Positions 50,749 to 63,021 of a stretch of DNA of 64,000 nucleotides are shown one piece after another (positions within the stretch are counted from its first letter, which is position 1; each line of letters starts with the position of its first letter). Position numbers and translations under genes: made by a program. The notes under the pieces are model-generated. The model saw nothing but the letters and a program-made list of their open reading frames with translations, did not search any database and was not told the origin of the DNA. The DNA is from an uncultured Gemmatimonadales bacterium (GTDB taxonomy: Bacteria; Gemmatimonadota; Gemmatimonadetes; Gemmatimonadales; Gemmatimonadaceae), in assembly GCA_963793305.1 (NCBI GenBank), contig CAWBZV010000005.1, forward strand, positions 160,001 to 224,000. The letters run 5' to 3'.

Positions 50749-53212
50749 ATGGCAACGAAGCGGACTGGAAAATCTGGCGCGACGACGCGCACGCGTACGA
50801 GCTCGAGGCGGGCCAAGGCGCCCGCTCGCCGGCGTGCGGCCGCGCCTGTCAAAGATACGCCGGACACTGGCAGCGGTTCTGAGCGCGGCACGTCACTGAT
50901 CATTGTCGAATCGCCGGCCAAAGCAAAGACGATTGGCAAGTATTTGGGCCGTGGGTACCGCGTCAAAGCGACCGTCGGCCACATACGCGATCTCCCCGAG
51001 AAGAAACTCGGTATCGACGTCGACAACGGCTTCGAGCCGGAGTACGTCACGATCGCGGGCAAGGAGAAGACGCTCGCCGAGCTCAAGGCGGCGGCCGACG
51101 AATCCAGCGAGATCTTCCTCGCGACCGACCCTGATCGCGAGGGCGAAGCGATCGCATGGCACGTCGCCGGGCAGATCAAGAAACGCGGCGGCGCTCCGAT
51201 TCGGCGCGCCCGCTTTCATGAAATCACGAAGGACGCCGTCAAGAAAGCGCTCGAGGCAGCCGGCGAGATCGACGACAAGCTCGTCGAGGCGCAGCAAGCG
51301 CGCCGTGTGCTCGATCGCTTGGTTGGTTACAAGGCCAGCCCGGTACTCTGGAAGACGGTAAAGAAGGGTCTCTCGGCCGGTCGCGTCCAGACCGTCGCAC
51401 TGCGACTACTGGTCGAGCGGGAGCGCGAGATCCGCGCGTTCAAACCCATCGAGTACTGGACCATCGCCGCGGCATTGGAGCACGAGGGCCAGGGGTTCGG
51501 CGCGAAGCTCCATCAGATCGATGGGAAGAAAGCGGAGATCGCCAACGAGGCCGATGCCCGTCGCATCGTCGATGAAGCGGCGGACGCTGCTGCTCGCCTG
51601 CGCGAAGCCGCGAACGGGTCGGCCGCGCCGACTGGCATCGGCACCTTCCTCGTCACTGACGTCAAGCGCCGCGAGCGCCGCAAGAATCCGCAGGCGCCGT
51701 TCACGACCAGCACCCTCCAGCAGGAGGGCGCCAAGAAGCTCTCGTACGGATCCAAGCGCACGATGCGTCTGGCGCAGGATCTCTACGAAGGCATTGAGCT
51801 GGGCAAAGAAGAGGGCGCGGTCGGTCTGATCACGTACATGCGGACCGACTCGACCCGCATCGCGGAGAGCGCGGCGACGGCGGCCCGCGATTATCTCCGC
51901 GGTTTGTTCGGTGAGAACTATCTCGCGCAGGGTGGCCCGCAGCTCTACGGCGATGGCAAGGTCAAGAATGCGCAGGACGCGCACGAGGGTATCCGTCCGA
52001 CGGATCCCACGCGGCGGCCCGAGCTGATTCAGCGCTACCTGTCGGCGGACCAATTCAAGCTCTACCAGCTCATCTGGCAGCGCTTCATGGCCTCGCAGAT
52101 GGCGCCCGCGGTATTCGATACGACGACGGTCGACTACGACCTGGGTCGGTATCTCTTCCGCTCGACCGGGAGCGTCATCAAGTTCGCGGGATTCTTGACG
52201 CTCTACCGCGAGAGTCACGAGGAAGGCGAGCATCGCGTGCTCGAAGATGAGCAAGCCTTGCCGTCGCTCTCCACGGGCACGTACGTCCCGGTGCGCTCGA
52301 TCGATCCGACGCAACACTTCACCGAGCCGCCCCCGCGCTACTCGGAAGCCAGTCTGGTCAAGGAACTGGAACGCCTCGGCATCGGCCGGCCGTCAACCTA
52401 CGCGTCGATTATCTCAACGCTCGTCGACCGTCGCTACGCGCAACTCGAACAGCGCCGCTTTTTCCCGACGTTCGCTTGGCGAAAGCGTCGAGAAAGTGAT
52501 GGTTCGTCAGTTTCCGGACGTGTTTGACGTGACGTTCACGTCGAGCATGGAAGACCAACTCGACAAAATCGAGGAAGGTCAACGAAGCTGGCAGCGCGTG
52601 CTGAAGGACTTCTACACGCCCTTCTCGACCCGCCTCGCTCGCGTCGATGTCGAGGACCTGATCGCGGCCGCGCATGACCTGACCGCGGTCGCTGGCGAAA
52701 AGTGTCCAGACTGCGGCGGCCGCCTCGTGCCAAAGGGTGGTTTCTTCGGCCCGTTCCTGGCCTGCGAGAATCACCCGAAGAAGTGCAAGCACACGCGCCC
52801 GCTGCGTGGCGACCGCAAGCCGGCCGAGGTCACGGAGTACAAGTGCCACGAGTGCGGCTCCCCGATGCTCAAGCGCAACGGCCGCGCGGGCGATTTCTTG
52901 GGCTGCAGTCGCTTCCCGAAGTGCCGCGGCACGAGATCGATGCCGACGGGCGTGATGTGCCCGAAGGACGGCGGCGAGCTCGCCGCGCGGCGCTCGAAGA
53001 AGCGGGGGAAGGCGTTCTACGGCTGCGAGAACTACCCGAAATGCGACTTCGTCACGTGGGACAAACCCGTGAAGGAGACGTGTCCGGATTGCGGCTACGA
53101 GGGGGCCGAGGCCAAGTCGACGAAGGCGCGCGGAGAGTATCGCCGGTGCCTCAAGTGCCAGAACGAGTGGGACGTCCCGGCTCCGCCCGAGGTGGTGCCG
53201 GTAGCCGTCTAG
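50749..53212 (+). CDS. topA: DNA topoisomerase I with zinc ribbons (apparent frameshift at 52469-52474)
   Basis: IVESPAKA, ATDPDREGE, SAGRVQ, ITYMRTDS, GIGRPSTY, C4 ribbons. Confidence 0.95.
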
Positions 53213-53776
53213 TTTTCGGGCCGTCCAAACAGCAGCTCGATGACTCCCAGGTCGGCGGCGCGCGTCAACACATAGACGTGGTCGCCGACTTCGAGTGTCG
53301 TGGGTCCTTTCGGCGCAATCAGTGTCCGACCCCTGACAATGACCGTGACTGCCGACGCGTCAGGAATCGGGAGCTCCGAGAGACGACACCCGGCGACGGC
53401 CAGTGTCTCGTCGACATAGAATGACAAGAGCTCCCCATCCATTGGCTCTCGCGAATCGATATCCAATCCCGCGCGGGTGGGCGGCGGCACCGCGCCCCGC
53501 AAACCGACCCACCCGACGTACGCGATCTCACGCGCCGGATAGCGAAATGGCGCCAGGCACACCGCCACGATCGCGGGCCGCGCGATGAACGCCAGAGCAC
53601 ACCCGCGGGCGCGGCGTAGCGCTTGAGTGCCGCCGCCGACGTATTGAGGCCCCCGTCGAACAGGATGAGCACGAGCGCGATGGTGCCGATCCGAAACGAG
53701 AGCCCGTAGTTCTCGAACGGCAGTCGCCCGAGGCGTTCCGATCAGGCGACGAGCAGCGTGGCCGTCGCCGCGGGTT
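53209..53776 (-). pseudogene. Collapsed K+/H+ antiporter (CvrA/NhaP2) remnant with TrkA-C tail
   Basis: Fragments EPAATATLLVA-stop, LVLILFDGGLNT, ARP...WVGLRGAVP and a TrkA-C-like end are joined within about 570 bp. Confidence 0.75.
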
Positions 53777-54748
53777 CTATGGAATCTCCGCCCGCTCGCA
53801 GCGGTCGAGCAGCCGCGTGTCCACGCGCACCTTCCCGTCCCGGCTCGGCTTGATGAACACGTTAATGAACTTGGCGCCCCACAGGATCTCGCTCGCGATG
53901 TACGAGGTGCGCGTGTGTACTTGCTGCGAGAACACCTCGTCCACCGCCGTGAGCAACACCAGCACTTCGGCCGACGAGTCCACGAGCTCCTGATAGGTGA
54001 GGCCATACAGTGGACTCGTCGCATCGATCGGATGCACGATCGTCCACGTGAGCGAAAAGAAAATCACCTTCGACCGCTCGAGGGTCAGCTCGTTGAACGT
54101 GCGCGTCCGCACGCCATTGACGGTCTCGAACCGCGAGAACGTGACCGTCGCCTCGAGTTGCACGAGCTCACTCCGCCGCTCGTTCACGAGGCGGAACATG
54201 AAGGCGGATTCGCCGCGATACGGCGCGACGACCGCGCGGTTGCTGAATCGGATCCGCGGGAGAGGCCGCGCGAACCGCGAGAAGATCAGCCCGGTCGCCA
54301 ACGCAATGGTCAAGATACTGACGATCGATTCGGCGACGACGCAGAAATTGGCGGTCGTGCCCACGGGGATGATATTGCCGTACCCGATCGTCCCGAATGT
54401 CTCGACGCTGAAGAAGAACGCCTCGAGGAATCGACTCGAAAACGTGAGCCCCGGGGCGTTCAACGCGGCGGGGCCGAGTGCCAGGTAGATCCCGGCGAAC
54501 AGCGCGTTAATCAAGAAGTACGTGCCCGTGAACAGCGCCAGGAACGCCGGCCACGACATCGTGAGCAGCGACTGATAGGGCGAGAGCCGGGCGGCGAGCG
54601 ATTGCCCGGCGCGGATGGCGTTGAAGCTCCCGTCGCGATTGAGGAGCCGGAGGCGGCTTTCCCGGGCGACGACGGAGCCGAACCCGAGATCGTGATCTTC
54701 CTGGCCGGGAACGACCGGCGTCGGCGGCGGCGGCGGCGAGGGCTGCAT
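53777..54748 (-). CDS. Inward-rectifier K+ channel (KirBac)
   Basis: FFFSVETFGTIGYG filter, FSRFARP, WTIVHPID..SPL. Confidence 0.9.
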   Translation of the reverse strand: MQPSPPPPPTPVVPGQEDHDLGFGSVVARESRLRLLNRDGSFNAIRAGQSLAARLSPYQSLLTMSWPAFLALFTGTYFLINALFAGIYLALGPAALNAPGLTFSSRFLEAFFFSVETFGTIGYGNIIPVGTTANFCVVAESIVSILTIALATGLIFSRFARPLPRIRFSNRAVVAPYRGESAFMFRLVNERRSELVQLEATVTFSRFETVNGVRTRTFNELTLERSKVIFFSLTWTIVHPIDATSPLYGLTYQELVDSSAEVLVLLTAVDEVFSQQVHTRTSYIASEILWGAKFINVFIKPSRDGKVRVDTRLLDRCERAEIP

Positions 54749-54788
54749 AACTGTTCACGATTATACGTGGACGCGCTAAGTTGCCGCT

Positions 54789-56099
54789 ATGGTTGTGTCC
54801 GTAGTCGGTGGCGGCCTCGCGGGATCCGAAGCCGCCTGGCAGTTGGCCGAGCGTGGATTCTCCGTCGTGCTCCACGAAATGCGTCCGGCTCGGACGACGC
54901 CGGCGCACCACACTGACCGCCTGGCCGAGCTGGTGTGCTCGAACACGTTCAAGAGCACGGAGCGGACGAACGCGCACGGACTGCTCAAGGCCGAGATGCG
55001 CTGCCTGTCGTCGATGATCCTCGAGGCAGCGGACGAGGCCCGTGTACCAGGCGGCACCGCCCTGGCCGTCGATCGCGACCGGTTCTCTGCCGCGGTAACG
55101 TCCCGCATCACCGGTCACCCGCGCATCACGGTCCATCGCGCCGAAATGGTCGACCTTCCCTCGCCGGGTATCATCGCCACCGGTCCTCTCACGTCCGACG
55201 CGCTCTCCCACTCGATCACGGCGGCCCTTGGGACTCACGCCCTGGCCTTCTATGACGCCATCGCGCCGATCATCGATGCCGAGTCGATCGACACGTCCAT
55301 TGTCTTTCGCGCGTCTCGGTATGACAAAGAGACGTTGGATCTCGACGATGTCGGCGCGTACCTGAATTGTCCGTTCGATCGCGCAGAATACGATGCGTTT
55401 CTGGATGCCTTGCTCTCGGCCGACCAGCACCAGGGTCATGCCTTTGACGAGGTCCCATATTTCGAAGGCTGTCTCCCGGTCGAAGTGATGGCCGCCAGAG
55501 GCCGAGATGTGCTGCGCTTCGGCCCGATGAAGCCCGTCGGTCTTGCCGACCCGCGCACGGGCCGCCGCCCGTATGCCGTCGCGCAACTCCGCATGGAGAC
55601 GCGCGCGGGCCAGATGTGGAACCTCGTGGGGTTCCAGACGCGCCTCCGCATTCCGGAGCAGCAACGCGTCTTCCGCCTGATCCCGGGCCTCGGCAACGCC
55701 GAGTTTCTGCGCTACGGCTCGATTCACCGGAACGCGTATGTGAACGCGCCAGCGACGCTCTCGCCGTACCTCTCGGCGCGGAGCGATCCGCGGCTCTTGT
55801 TCGCTGGCCAGATCACGGGCGTCGAGGGCTACACCGAGAGCGCGGCGACCGGCCTGCTCGCCGGCCGCAATCTCGCGCGCTTGCTCGACGGCGAGGACCC
55901 CACGATCCCGCCACCGACGACGATGCTCGGCGCGCTCTATCGGTATCTGCGCGAGGCCGATCCCCGGCATTTCCAGCCGATGAACGCGAATTTCGGTTTG
56001 CTCGATCCTCTCCCCGAGGAGGTCCGCGACAAGCGTCTCAAGCGGGAGCGGTTCGCCGAACGCTCACTCGCCGATCTCGCGGCGTGGTCGAGCCGATGA
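54789..56099 (+). CDS. trmFO: Folate/FAD-dependent tRNA m5U54 methyltransferase
   Basis: GGGLAGSEAAW, ELVCSN, FGPMKPVG, GQITGVEGY, QPMNANFG. Confidence 0.95.
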   Translation: MVVSVVGGGLAGSEAAWQLAERGFSVVLHEMRPARTTPAHHTDRLAELVCSNTFKSTERTNAHGLLKAEMRCLSSMILEAADEARVPGGTALAVDRDRFSAAVTSRITGHPRITVHRAEMVDLPSPGIIATGPLTSDALSHSITAALGTHALAFYDAIAPIIDAESIDTSIVFRASRYDKETLDLDDVGAYLNCPFDRAEYDAFLDALLSADQHQGHAFDEVPYFEGCLPVEVMAARGRDVLRFGPMKPVGLADPRTGRRPYAVAQLRMETRAGQMWNLVGFQTRLRIPEQQRVFRLIPGLGNAEFLRYGSIHRNAYVNAPATLSPYLSARSDPRLLFAGQITGVEGYTESAATGLLAGRNLARLLDGEDPTIPPPTTMLGALYRYLREADPRHFQPMNANFGLLDPLPEEVRDKRLKRERFAERSLADLAAWSSR

Positions 56100-56986
56100 C
56101 GTCCGAGTTCCTCGTGCACCTCGAGAAAGAGCGCAACGTCTCGGCGCACACATTGGCAGCCTATACGCGCGACTTGGGCCGGTTCACCGATTTCCTGTCA
56201 TCGCGCGCGCATGGTGCCGCGTGGTCGTACGAGACCGTCGACCACCAGACCCTGCGCGCGTTTCTCGCGCACCTCTCGCGGTCTCGCTTGTCGCGTCGCT
56301 CGATCGCGCGGACCATGTCGGCCGTCCGCTCGTTCTATCGCTTTTTGCAACGCACCGATGTGATTGACGCGAACCCGGCTCGGAGCATTGCCTCACCCAA
56401 AGCCGATCGCCATTTGCCGGGGTATCTCACCCATGGCCAGGCCGAGGCATTGTTCGCGCTGGCGCAGACGCGTGCCACCGACGGTGGCATCGCGCACGTA
56501 CGCAATCTGGCGCTGCTCGAGTTGCTCTATTCGACGGGCATGCGCGTATCCGAGATCCACGGCCTGAATCGCACCGACATCGATCTCGTCAGCCAGCAGG
56601 CGAAGGTGCGTGGCAAGGGCCGCAAGGAGCGCATCGTCCCGATCGGCGATCACGCGACGCTGGCGTTGCGCAACTACGAAGCCAAGCGCGAGTCGCGCGA
56701 CCCGGCCGTCTTCCTCAACCAACGCGGCACGCGCCTGAGCATTTCGGGTATCCAAAAAATCGTGACGGCCCTCTTGGATGCCGTTGCGGGGGGCGAAGAC
56801 CTGAGCACGCACTCGGTGCGCCACTCCTTCGCCACGCACCTGCTGGATGCCGGCGCCGACCTGCGCGCGGTGCAAGAGCTCCTCGGCCATGCCTCGATCT
56901 CGACGACCCAGATCTACACGCACACGAGCGTCGAGCGCCTCAAACAGGTCTACCAGAAGGCCCACCCGAGAGGCGGGACGCGCTAG
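56096..56986 (+). CDS. xerC: Tyrosine recombinase XerC
   Basis: TGMRVSE, GKGRKER, HSVRHSFATH, LLGH, TTQIY; trmFO-xerC-hslVU context. Confidence 0.88.
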   Translation: MTSEFLVHLEKERNVSAHTLAAYTRDLGRFTDFLSSRAHGAAWSYETVDHQTLRAFLAHLSRSRLSRRSIARTMSAVRSFYRFLQRTDVIDANPARSIASPKADRHLPGYLTHGQAEALFALAQTRATDGGIAHVRNLALLELLYSTGMRVSEIHGLNRTDIDLVSQQAKVRGKGRKERIVPIGDHATLALRNYEAKRESRDPAVFLNQRGTRLSISGIQKIVTALLDAVAGGEDLSTHSVRHSFATHLLDAGADLRAVQELLGHASISTTQIYTHTSVERLKQVYQKAHPRGGTR

Positions 56987-57014
56987 CTAGAGTTTTGCAT
57001 TGCTCAACCGCTCG

Positions 57015-57344
57015 ATGACCATCGAGCGCGTTCTGACGTTTGCTTTTGGCCTGCTGGCCACGATCGCGGCGGCTTTGCTGATCGCCGACGCGATTACCGC
57101 CCCAATCCAGCCATCCGAGGAGCGTCGCCGCCGGGAGCGAGCGTCCCGCAGCCGGCCGGGTGAGGCGCTGCTGGGGCTGGGCCTCACGGGCCTGGCCGCG
57201 GCCTTATTCAGCATGGACCGCTGGCCGTGGGGCATTATCGCCGTTCTGGCCGGTCTACTGTGTTTAATCGTCGGGGCTTGGCTCAACCGACGCCTGCTGG
57301 TCGAGAGTGTTCGCAACAGGGGCGCCGCCCGCCGTCGCCGTTAG
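57015..57344 (+). CDS. Small three-helix membrane protein
   Basis: Hydrophobic ORF filling the xerC-hslV gap. Confidence 0.55.
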   Translation: MTIERVLTFAFGLLATIAAALLIADAITAPIQPSEERRRRERASRSRPGEALLGLGLTGLAAALFSMDRWPWGIIAVLAGLLCLIVGAWLNRRLLVESVRNRGAARRRR

Positions 57345-57372
57345 GGGCTTGCCCGGCCGCTAAGTTTGTTGG

Positions 57373-57917
57373 ATGTCTTCGCTGCCAACTATCTACGCGA
57401 CAACTATTCTGGCGGTCCGCCGGAATGGCCACGTCGCCCTCGGTGGAGACGGCCAGGTGACGGTCGGGGAGACCGTCATGAAGTCCAACGCCCAGAAAGT
57501 GCGCTCACTCCGAGGCGGGAAGCTCCTCGCCGGTTTCGCCGGCGCCGCGGCCGACGCCTTTACGCTGTTCGAGAAATTCGAAGAGAAGCTGGAGCGGTTT
57601 CCGGGCAACATGCCCCGGGCGGCGGTCGAGCTCGCCAAGGACTGGCGTAGCGATCGCGTGCTGCGCCGTCTCGAGGCGCTCCTGGCCGTCGCCGACCGGG
57701 ACCACGGATTTGTGATCTCGGGGACGGGGGACATCATCGAGCCCGACGACGGCATCCTCGCCATCGGGTCGGGTGGGTCGTATGCGCTCGCCGCGGCGCG
57801 GGCGTTGGTGGGCAGTACGGACCTGGGCTCGGCCGAGGTGGTTCGCCGATCGCTCCAGATCGCCGCGGACATTTGCATCTATACGAACGCCAACATCACC
57901 GTCCTCGAGCCGACATA

Positions 57918-57918
<1 letters not shown>
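57373..57918 (+). CDS. hslV: ATP-dependent protease peptidase subunit
   Basis: ATTILAV, GDGQVT, IGSGG, ICIYTN. Confidence 0.95.
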
Positions 57919-59395
<1,477 letters not shown>

Positions 59396-59399
<4 letters not shown>

Positions 59400-59539
59400 T
59401 CGTGCCGATGTCTTCGCTTGGCGCGCTTATCAAGCCAGACTTGGTGAAAGCACGCTGCGATGAAGCCGACGATCATGAGACCAAATAGGACTGGGTTGAC
59501 ATAGTCGAATAAAAAGTCGAGCCATTGAAGGGGCGTCAT
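59396..59539 (-). CDS. 47-aa single-helix membrane peptide
   Basis: ATGA overlap with the upstream ORF; hydrophobic core and basic tail. Confidence 0.5.
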
Positions 59540-59937
59540 TTCTTGAATCCTTCCTTGGTTGTGAGTCCTTGGATCACGGCGCCCCACATGAGTCCAGCGG
59601 CCGTAAGAGCCAGTGCGCAAGTATAGGCATTGCGAAGGCGTGCCACAGCGTGCAGTGCCTCTCCGACGAGGAACCCACCGTATGTCACGGCCGAAGCGAT
59701 CGTGATGAGGAGAGTGATGAACATCCACAGTGGCGACCGCTCACGTTGCGCAGGTCGGAGAAGCGCGAGTACCGCAGTGCTAGCTACCGACAGAGCGAAG
59801 AACAGCAGCTCACGGGTTGCTTCGAGGCTGAGCGCTCCGCGCTGGCCAACGAGGTAATGCGTGAGGATCCAAGCGCCGAGGGGCGCGAGCGCCATGACGC
59901 AGCCGATGCCCCACCATTCCCAGTGTTGTGTCCGCAT
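59536..59937 (-). CDS. Four-helix hypothetical membrane protein
   Basis: 133 aa with four hydrophobic segments; TATCCT lies 6 nt before the ATG. Confidence 0.6.
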   Translation of the reverse strand: MRTQHWEWWGIGCVMALAPLGAWILTHYLVGQRGALSLEATRELLFFALSVASTAVLALLRPAQRERSPLWMFITLLITIASAVTYGGFLVGEALHAVARLRNAYTCALALTAAGLMWGAVIQGLTTKEGFKK

Positions 59938-60038
59938 GAGCCGAGGATACGACCCAGCGTCAGTCGACCGTCATTCGCAAGTTGGCCACTTTCGCCCCCC
60001 GATTCTACTTTTCTGACTCCCCCCACCGTTTGCCGCCA

Positions 60039-61007
60039 ATGGCCACGACTACCGTGCCCGCGAGCTCAGCGTCCCCGGCCGCATCCGATGCGACCACTCC
60101 GCATCGCGACTTCCTGGTAATCCCGGACTTCTCGAAACAGGAGCTCGACGGCCTATTCGCCCTGGCCGAGCGGATGCGCAGTGGCGACTACTCGCGCCGC
60201 CCACTCGCCGGCCAGTCGTTCGCGATGATCTTCACGAAGTCATCGACGCGCACGCGCGTGTCGTTCGAAGTCGGCGCCTGGCAACTCGGCGCTCAGCCGT
60301 TATTCCTCTCGGCCCGCGACGTCCAAATCGGCCGCGGCGAGACCATCCCGGACACGGCCCGCGTGCTCTCGCGCTATGTCCACGGGATCATGATCCGCAC
60401 ATTTGCCCACGCGGATGTGGAGGAGCTCGCCCGTTGGGCAACGGTCCCGGTGATCAACGGTCTCACCGACTGGCAGCACCCCTGCCAGGTCCTCGCCGAC
60501 GTTGCGACGATTCGCCAGCATCTCGGGACCTACGAGGGCAAGCATGTCGCCTGGATCGGTGACGGCAACAATATGGCGAACTCGTGGATCGACGCCGCGT
60601 ATCGCCTGGGGTTCTCGTTGACGCTGGCGTGTCCCGAGGGCTACGACCCTGACGCCGCACTGGTCCGCCGCGCGCAATCGACGGCCAACGTGCGCGTCGT
60701 CCGCGATCCGCGCGAGGCGGCTGCCGGCGCGCACGTCGTGACGACCGATGTGTGGGCGTCGATGGGTCAGGAAGAAGAGCAGGCGGTGCGCGCGCGGGCG
60801 TTCGCGGGCTATGTCGTGGATGCAGCGATGATGGAGCGGGCGGCGCGGGACGCGATCTTCTTGCATTGCCTCCCCGCGCACCGCGGCGAGGAGGTGACGG
60901 CCGATGTGATCGACGGGCCCCAATCGAAAGTATTCGATGAAGCCGAGCAGCGGCTTCACGTCCAAAAGGCGATACTCGCGGTGCTCATGGGAGGAGAACT
61001 GCTGTGA
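60039..61007 (+). CDS. argF: Ornithine carbamoyltransferase
   Basis: SSTRT, HPCQ, WASMG, FLHCLP. Confidence 0.93.
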   Translation: MATTTVPASSASPAASDATTPHRDFLVIPDFSKQELDGLFALAERMRSGDYSRRPLAGQSFAMIFTKSSTRTRVSFEVGAWQLGAQPLFLSARDVQIGRGETIPDTARVLSRYVHGIMIRTFAHADVEELARWATVPVINGLTDWQHPCQVLADVATIRQHLGTYEGKHVAWIGDGNNMANSWIDAAYRLGFSLTLACPEGYDPDAALVRRAQSTANVRVVRDPREAAAGAHVVTTDVWASMGQEEEQAVRARAFAGYVVDAAMMERAARDAIFLHCLPAHRGEEVTADVIDGPQSKVFDEAEQRLHVQKAILAVLMGGELL

Positions 61008-61507
61008 TTGAGGCTGGACAGCCCGCTCCATTGTTTTCCGCGCAGGCCGATGACGGCCGGACGGTGACGCTCGAGTCACTCCGCGGCCGTTACGTGGTGC
61101 TGTATTTCTACCCAAAGGACGACACGCCCGGTTGCACCACCGAGGCCTGCGAGCTGCGCGACGCCTTCCCGCACTTCGACGCCGCCAACGCCACCATCCT
61201 GGGCGTCAGCCCCGACAGCGTCGCCTCGCATGTGAAGTTCAAGAAGAAGTTTGCTCTCCCGTTCACGTTGCTCGCCGACCCGGATCACGCGATCGCCGAG
61301 GCGTACGGCGCCTGGAAGGAGAAGCGGATGTACGGCCGCACCTACATGGGCGTCGAGCGCTCCACGTTCTTGATCGACCCCACCGGCACGCTTACCCACG
61401 TATGGCGTAAGGTGAAGGCCGATGGTCACGCCGCCGATGTCGCGACCACGCTCGCCGCTGCCACTCCGCCGGCGGCGAAGAAGAAGCGCCCGGCAAAGAG
61501 CAACTAA
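61004..61507 (+). CDS. bcp: Thioredoxin-dependent peroxiredoxin BCP
   Basis: YFYPKDDTPGCTTEAC. Confidence 0.93.
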   Translation: MIEAGQPAPLFSAQADDGRTVTLESLRGRYVVLYFYPKDDTPGCTTEACELRDAFPHFDAANATILGVSPDSVASHVKFKKKFALPFTLLADPDHAIAEAYGAWKEKRMYGRTYMGVERSTFLIDPTGTLTHVWRKVKADGHAADVATTLAAATPPAAKKKRPAKSN

Positions 61508-61736
61508 CTCCTCGCGCTTCGCGCTCGTCGCTTCGAGCGAGTCGAAGCTGCTCGAGCGAGGCGCCGCCGCTCGCACGCACGCTGGCGCCCCCATGCCATC
61601 GGACGCCGGGCCCGCGCAAGCCAACGGATGCCGGAGCCGCGCACACCACGGACGGTGCCCCGGACGGAGCCGCGCAGCTTAGTACAGCGATATTTCGACG
61701 CAAGGCGACGAGCGCGAAGCGCGAGGAGTTAGTTGC
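61500..61736. mobile_element. MITE/REPIN-like element with 32-bp perfect terminal inverted repeats
   Basis: 61500-61531 GCAACTAACTCCTCGCGCTTCGCGCTCGTCGC is the exact reverse complement of 61705-61736; no transposase inside. Confidence 0.7.
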
Positions 61737-61765
61737 CCTTTATCCGCCGTGGATTACACGCCCTC

Positions 61766-61781
61766 AGTGACCATGGTCACA
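61766..61781. promoter_or_regulatory. CRP/FNR-family binding site candidate
   Basis: AGTGA-CCATGG-TCACA matches TGTGA-N6-TCACA at 9/10 positions. Confidence 0.5.
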
Positions 61782-62021
61782 TGAATCCGCGTTAACCCCG
61801 CGTTATCGTACCCACCGCGAGGTAAACTCCCCTAATAGCGAGTTAACTCTATTCAAGACCGCGCGTTACGCAAACGGTCTCGGCTGTTATGGTGTGACGC
61901 CGGGGTCTGGGAGCGTGACGGCACATCAGCCAGGGATCCCTAGCTTGGACCTCGTACCAACGGGCACCCCAATCCGGGGGTCGCTCGCTTTGCGGTCTCA
62001 AGCACTCGACAGGGATTTCCG

Positions 62022-62609
62022 ATGAGCCATCGCCGCGGATACACGCTGATCGAAATGATGATCGTAGTGACGCTGATCGCGATCGTCACCGCGACCGCGA
62101 TGCCGCACATCGATTATCAAAACTCGCGCCAGGACGGCGCGGTGCGCGCCATTCGTGGCGCGCTGCAGCAGGCGCAGTCGTACGCCGTGAGCTCGCAGCA
62201 CGAGGTGTGGGTCATCGTCGATGCCGCCCACAATCGGGTCATTGCGGTTCAGGATCCGTCGGATAGCAACAAGTACGTCATCGGCGACCATTATTGGGCG
62301 GTACCCATGCAGGACGGCGCGAAGCTCGGGCTCGGCGCCGTCGCGCCGTTGACCGGTGACGCGGCGCCGGTCGCTGGAGTCGCGATCACGACCACGACGC
62401 CCATCACGGCTGGCGCGCTGAGCACCGTGCCGACGGGTTTTGTGTTCCGCGCCGACGGCGCGGTCAGCTCCAACGCGCAGATCTATATCACGTCGGCCCG
62501 CGGTCTCGCGAGAGATTCGAGAGCCATCGATGTCACCCAGGCGACAGGACGCGTCGACTGGTACCACTACAACGCCACGACCAACACTTGGGTCCTCGGG
62601 GGCTTCTGA
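62022..62609 (+). CDS. Minor pilin, FimU/FimT-like
   Basis: RRG/YTLIEMM prepilin motif, FVFRADG. Confidence 0.85.
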   Translation: MSHRRGYTLIEMMIVVTLIAIVTATAMPHIDYQNSRQDGAVRAIRGALQQAQSYAVSSQHEVWVIVDAAHNRVIAVQDPSDSNKYVIGDHYWAVPMQDGAKLGLGAVAPLTGDAAPVAGVAITTTTPITAGALSTVPTGFVFRADGAVSSNAQIYITSARGLARDSRAIDVTQATGRVDWYHYNATTNTWVLGGF

Positions 62610-63019
62610 TGTCTCACGCGACGGCAGGACGCCAGATGCGTCCCGGTATGACACTGATCGAGGTGATGGTCGCCTTGGTGATTCTGAGCGGCTCCTTGCT
62701 CGCAATGGGCAATTTCATGGGCAAGTTCGCCCACGCCCAGCGCCGCGCCGGGATGCGCGCCGACGCGGTGGACCTCGCGTCGGACGTGATGGATTCGGTG
62801 CAACACGATTCGACGTACGCGGCGATTCCCGGCGATTTCCAGAAGTCGGCCACGATCTCCCGCGACGGCGCGTCGTTCACGCGCTCGACGGTCGTCAAGC
62901 AGATCGGCGGCGCCGTCACGTCGAACGTCAACTATTACGTCATCACGACCACCGTGGTCAACACGCAGCTGACGCCGGCTGACACGGTGAAAAAGTCCAT
63001 CGTCATCCGGTCCTTCTAA
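62609..63019 (+). CDS. Minor pilin, PilV-like
   Basis: RPG/MTLIEVMVAL; TGATG coupling. Confidence 0.8.
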   Translation: MSHATAGRQMRPGMTLIEVMVALVILSGSLLAMGNFMGKFAHAQRRAGMRADAVDLASDVMDSVQHDSTYAAIPGDFQKSATISRDGASFTRSTVVKQIGGAVTSNVNYYVITTTVVNTQLTPADTVKKSIVIRSF

Positions 63020-63021
63020 CT

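Noticed and set aside
56096..56986. Tyrosine recombinase as a phage or island integrase
   Set aside because: It sits in the housekeeping trmFO-xerC-hslVU context with no att, tRNA or phage genes
61860..62000. c-di-GMP-I riboswitch upstream of the minor pilins
   Set aside because: GCAAAC and GACGC are present, but the GNRA-capped stem and GCAAAG/receptor pattern are missing
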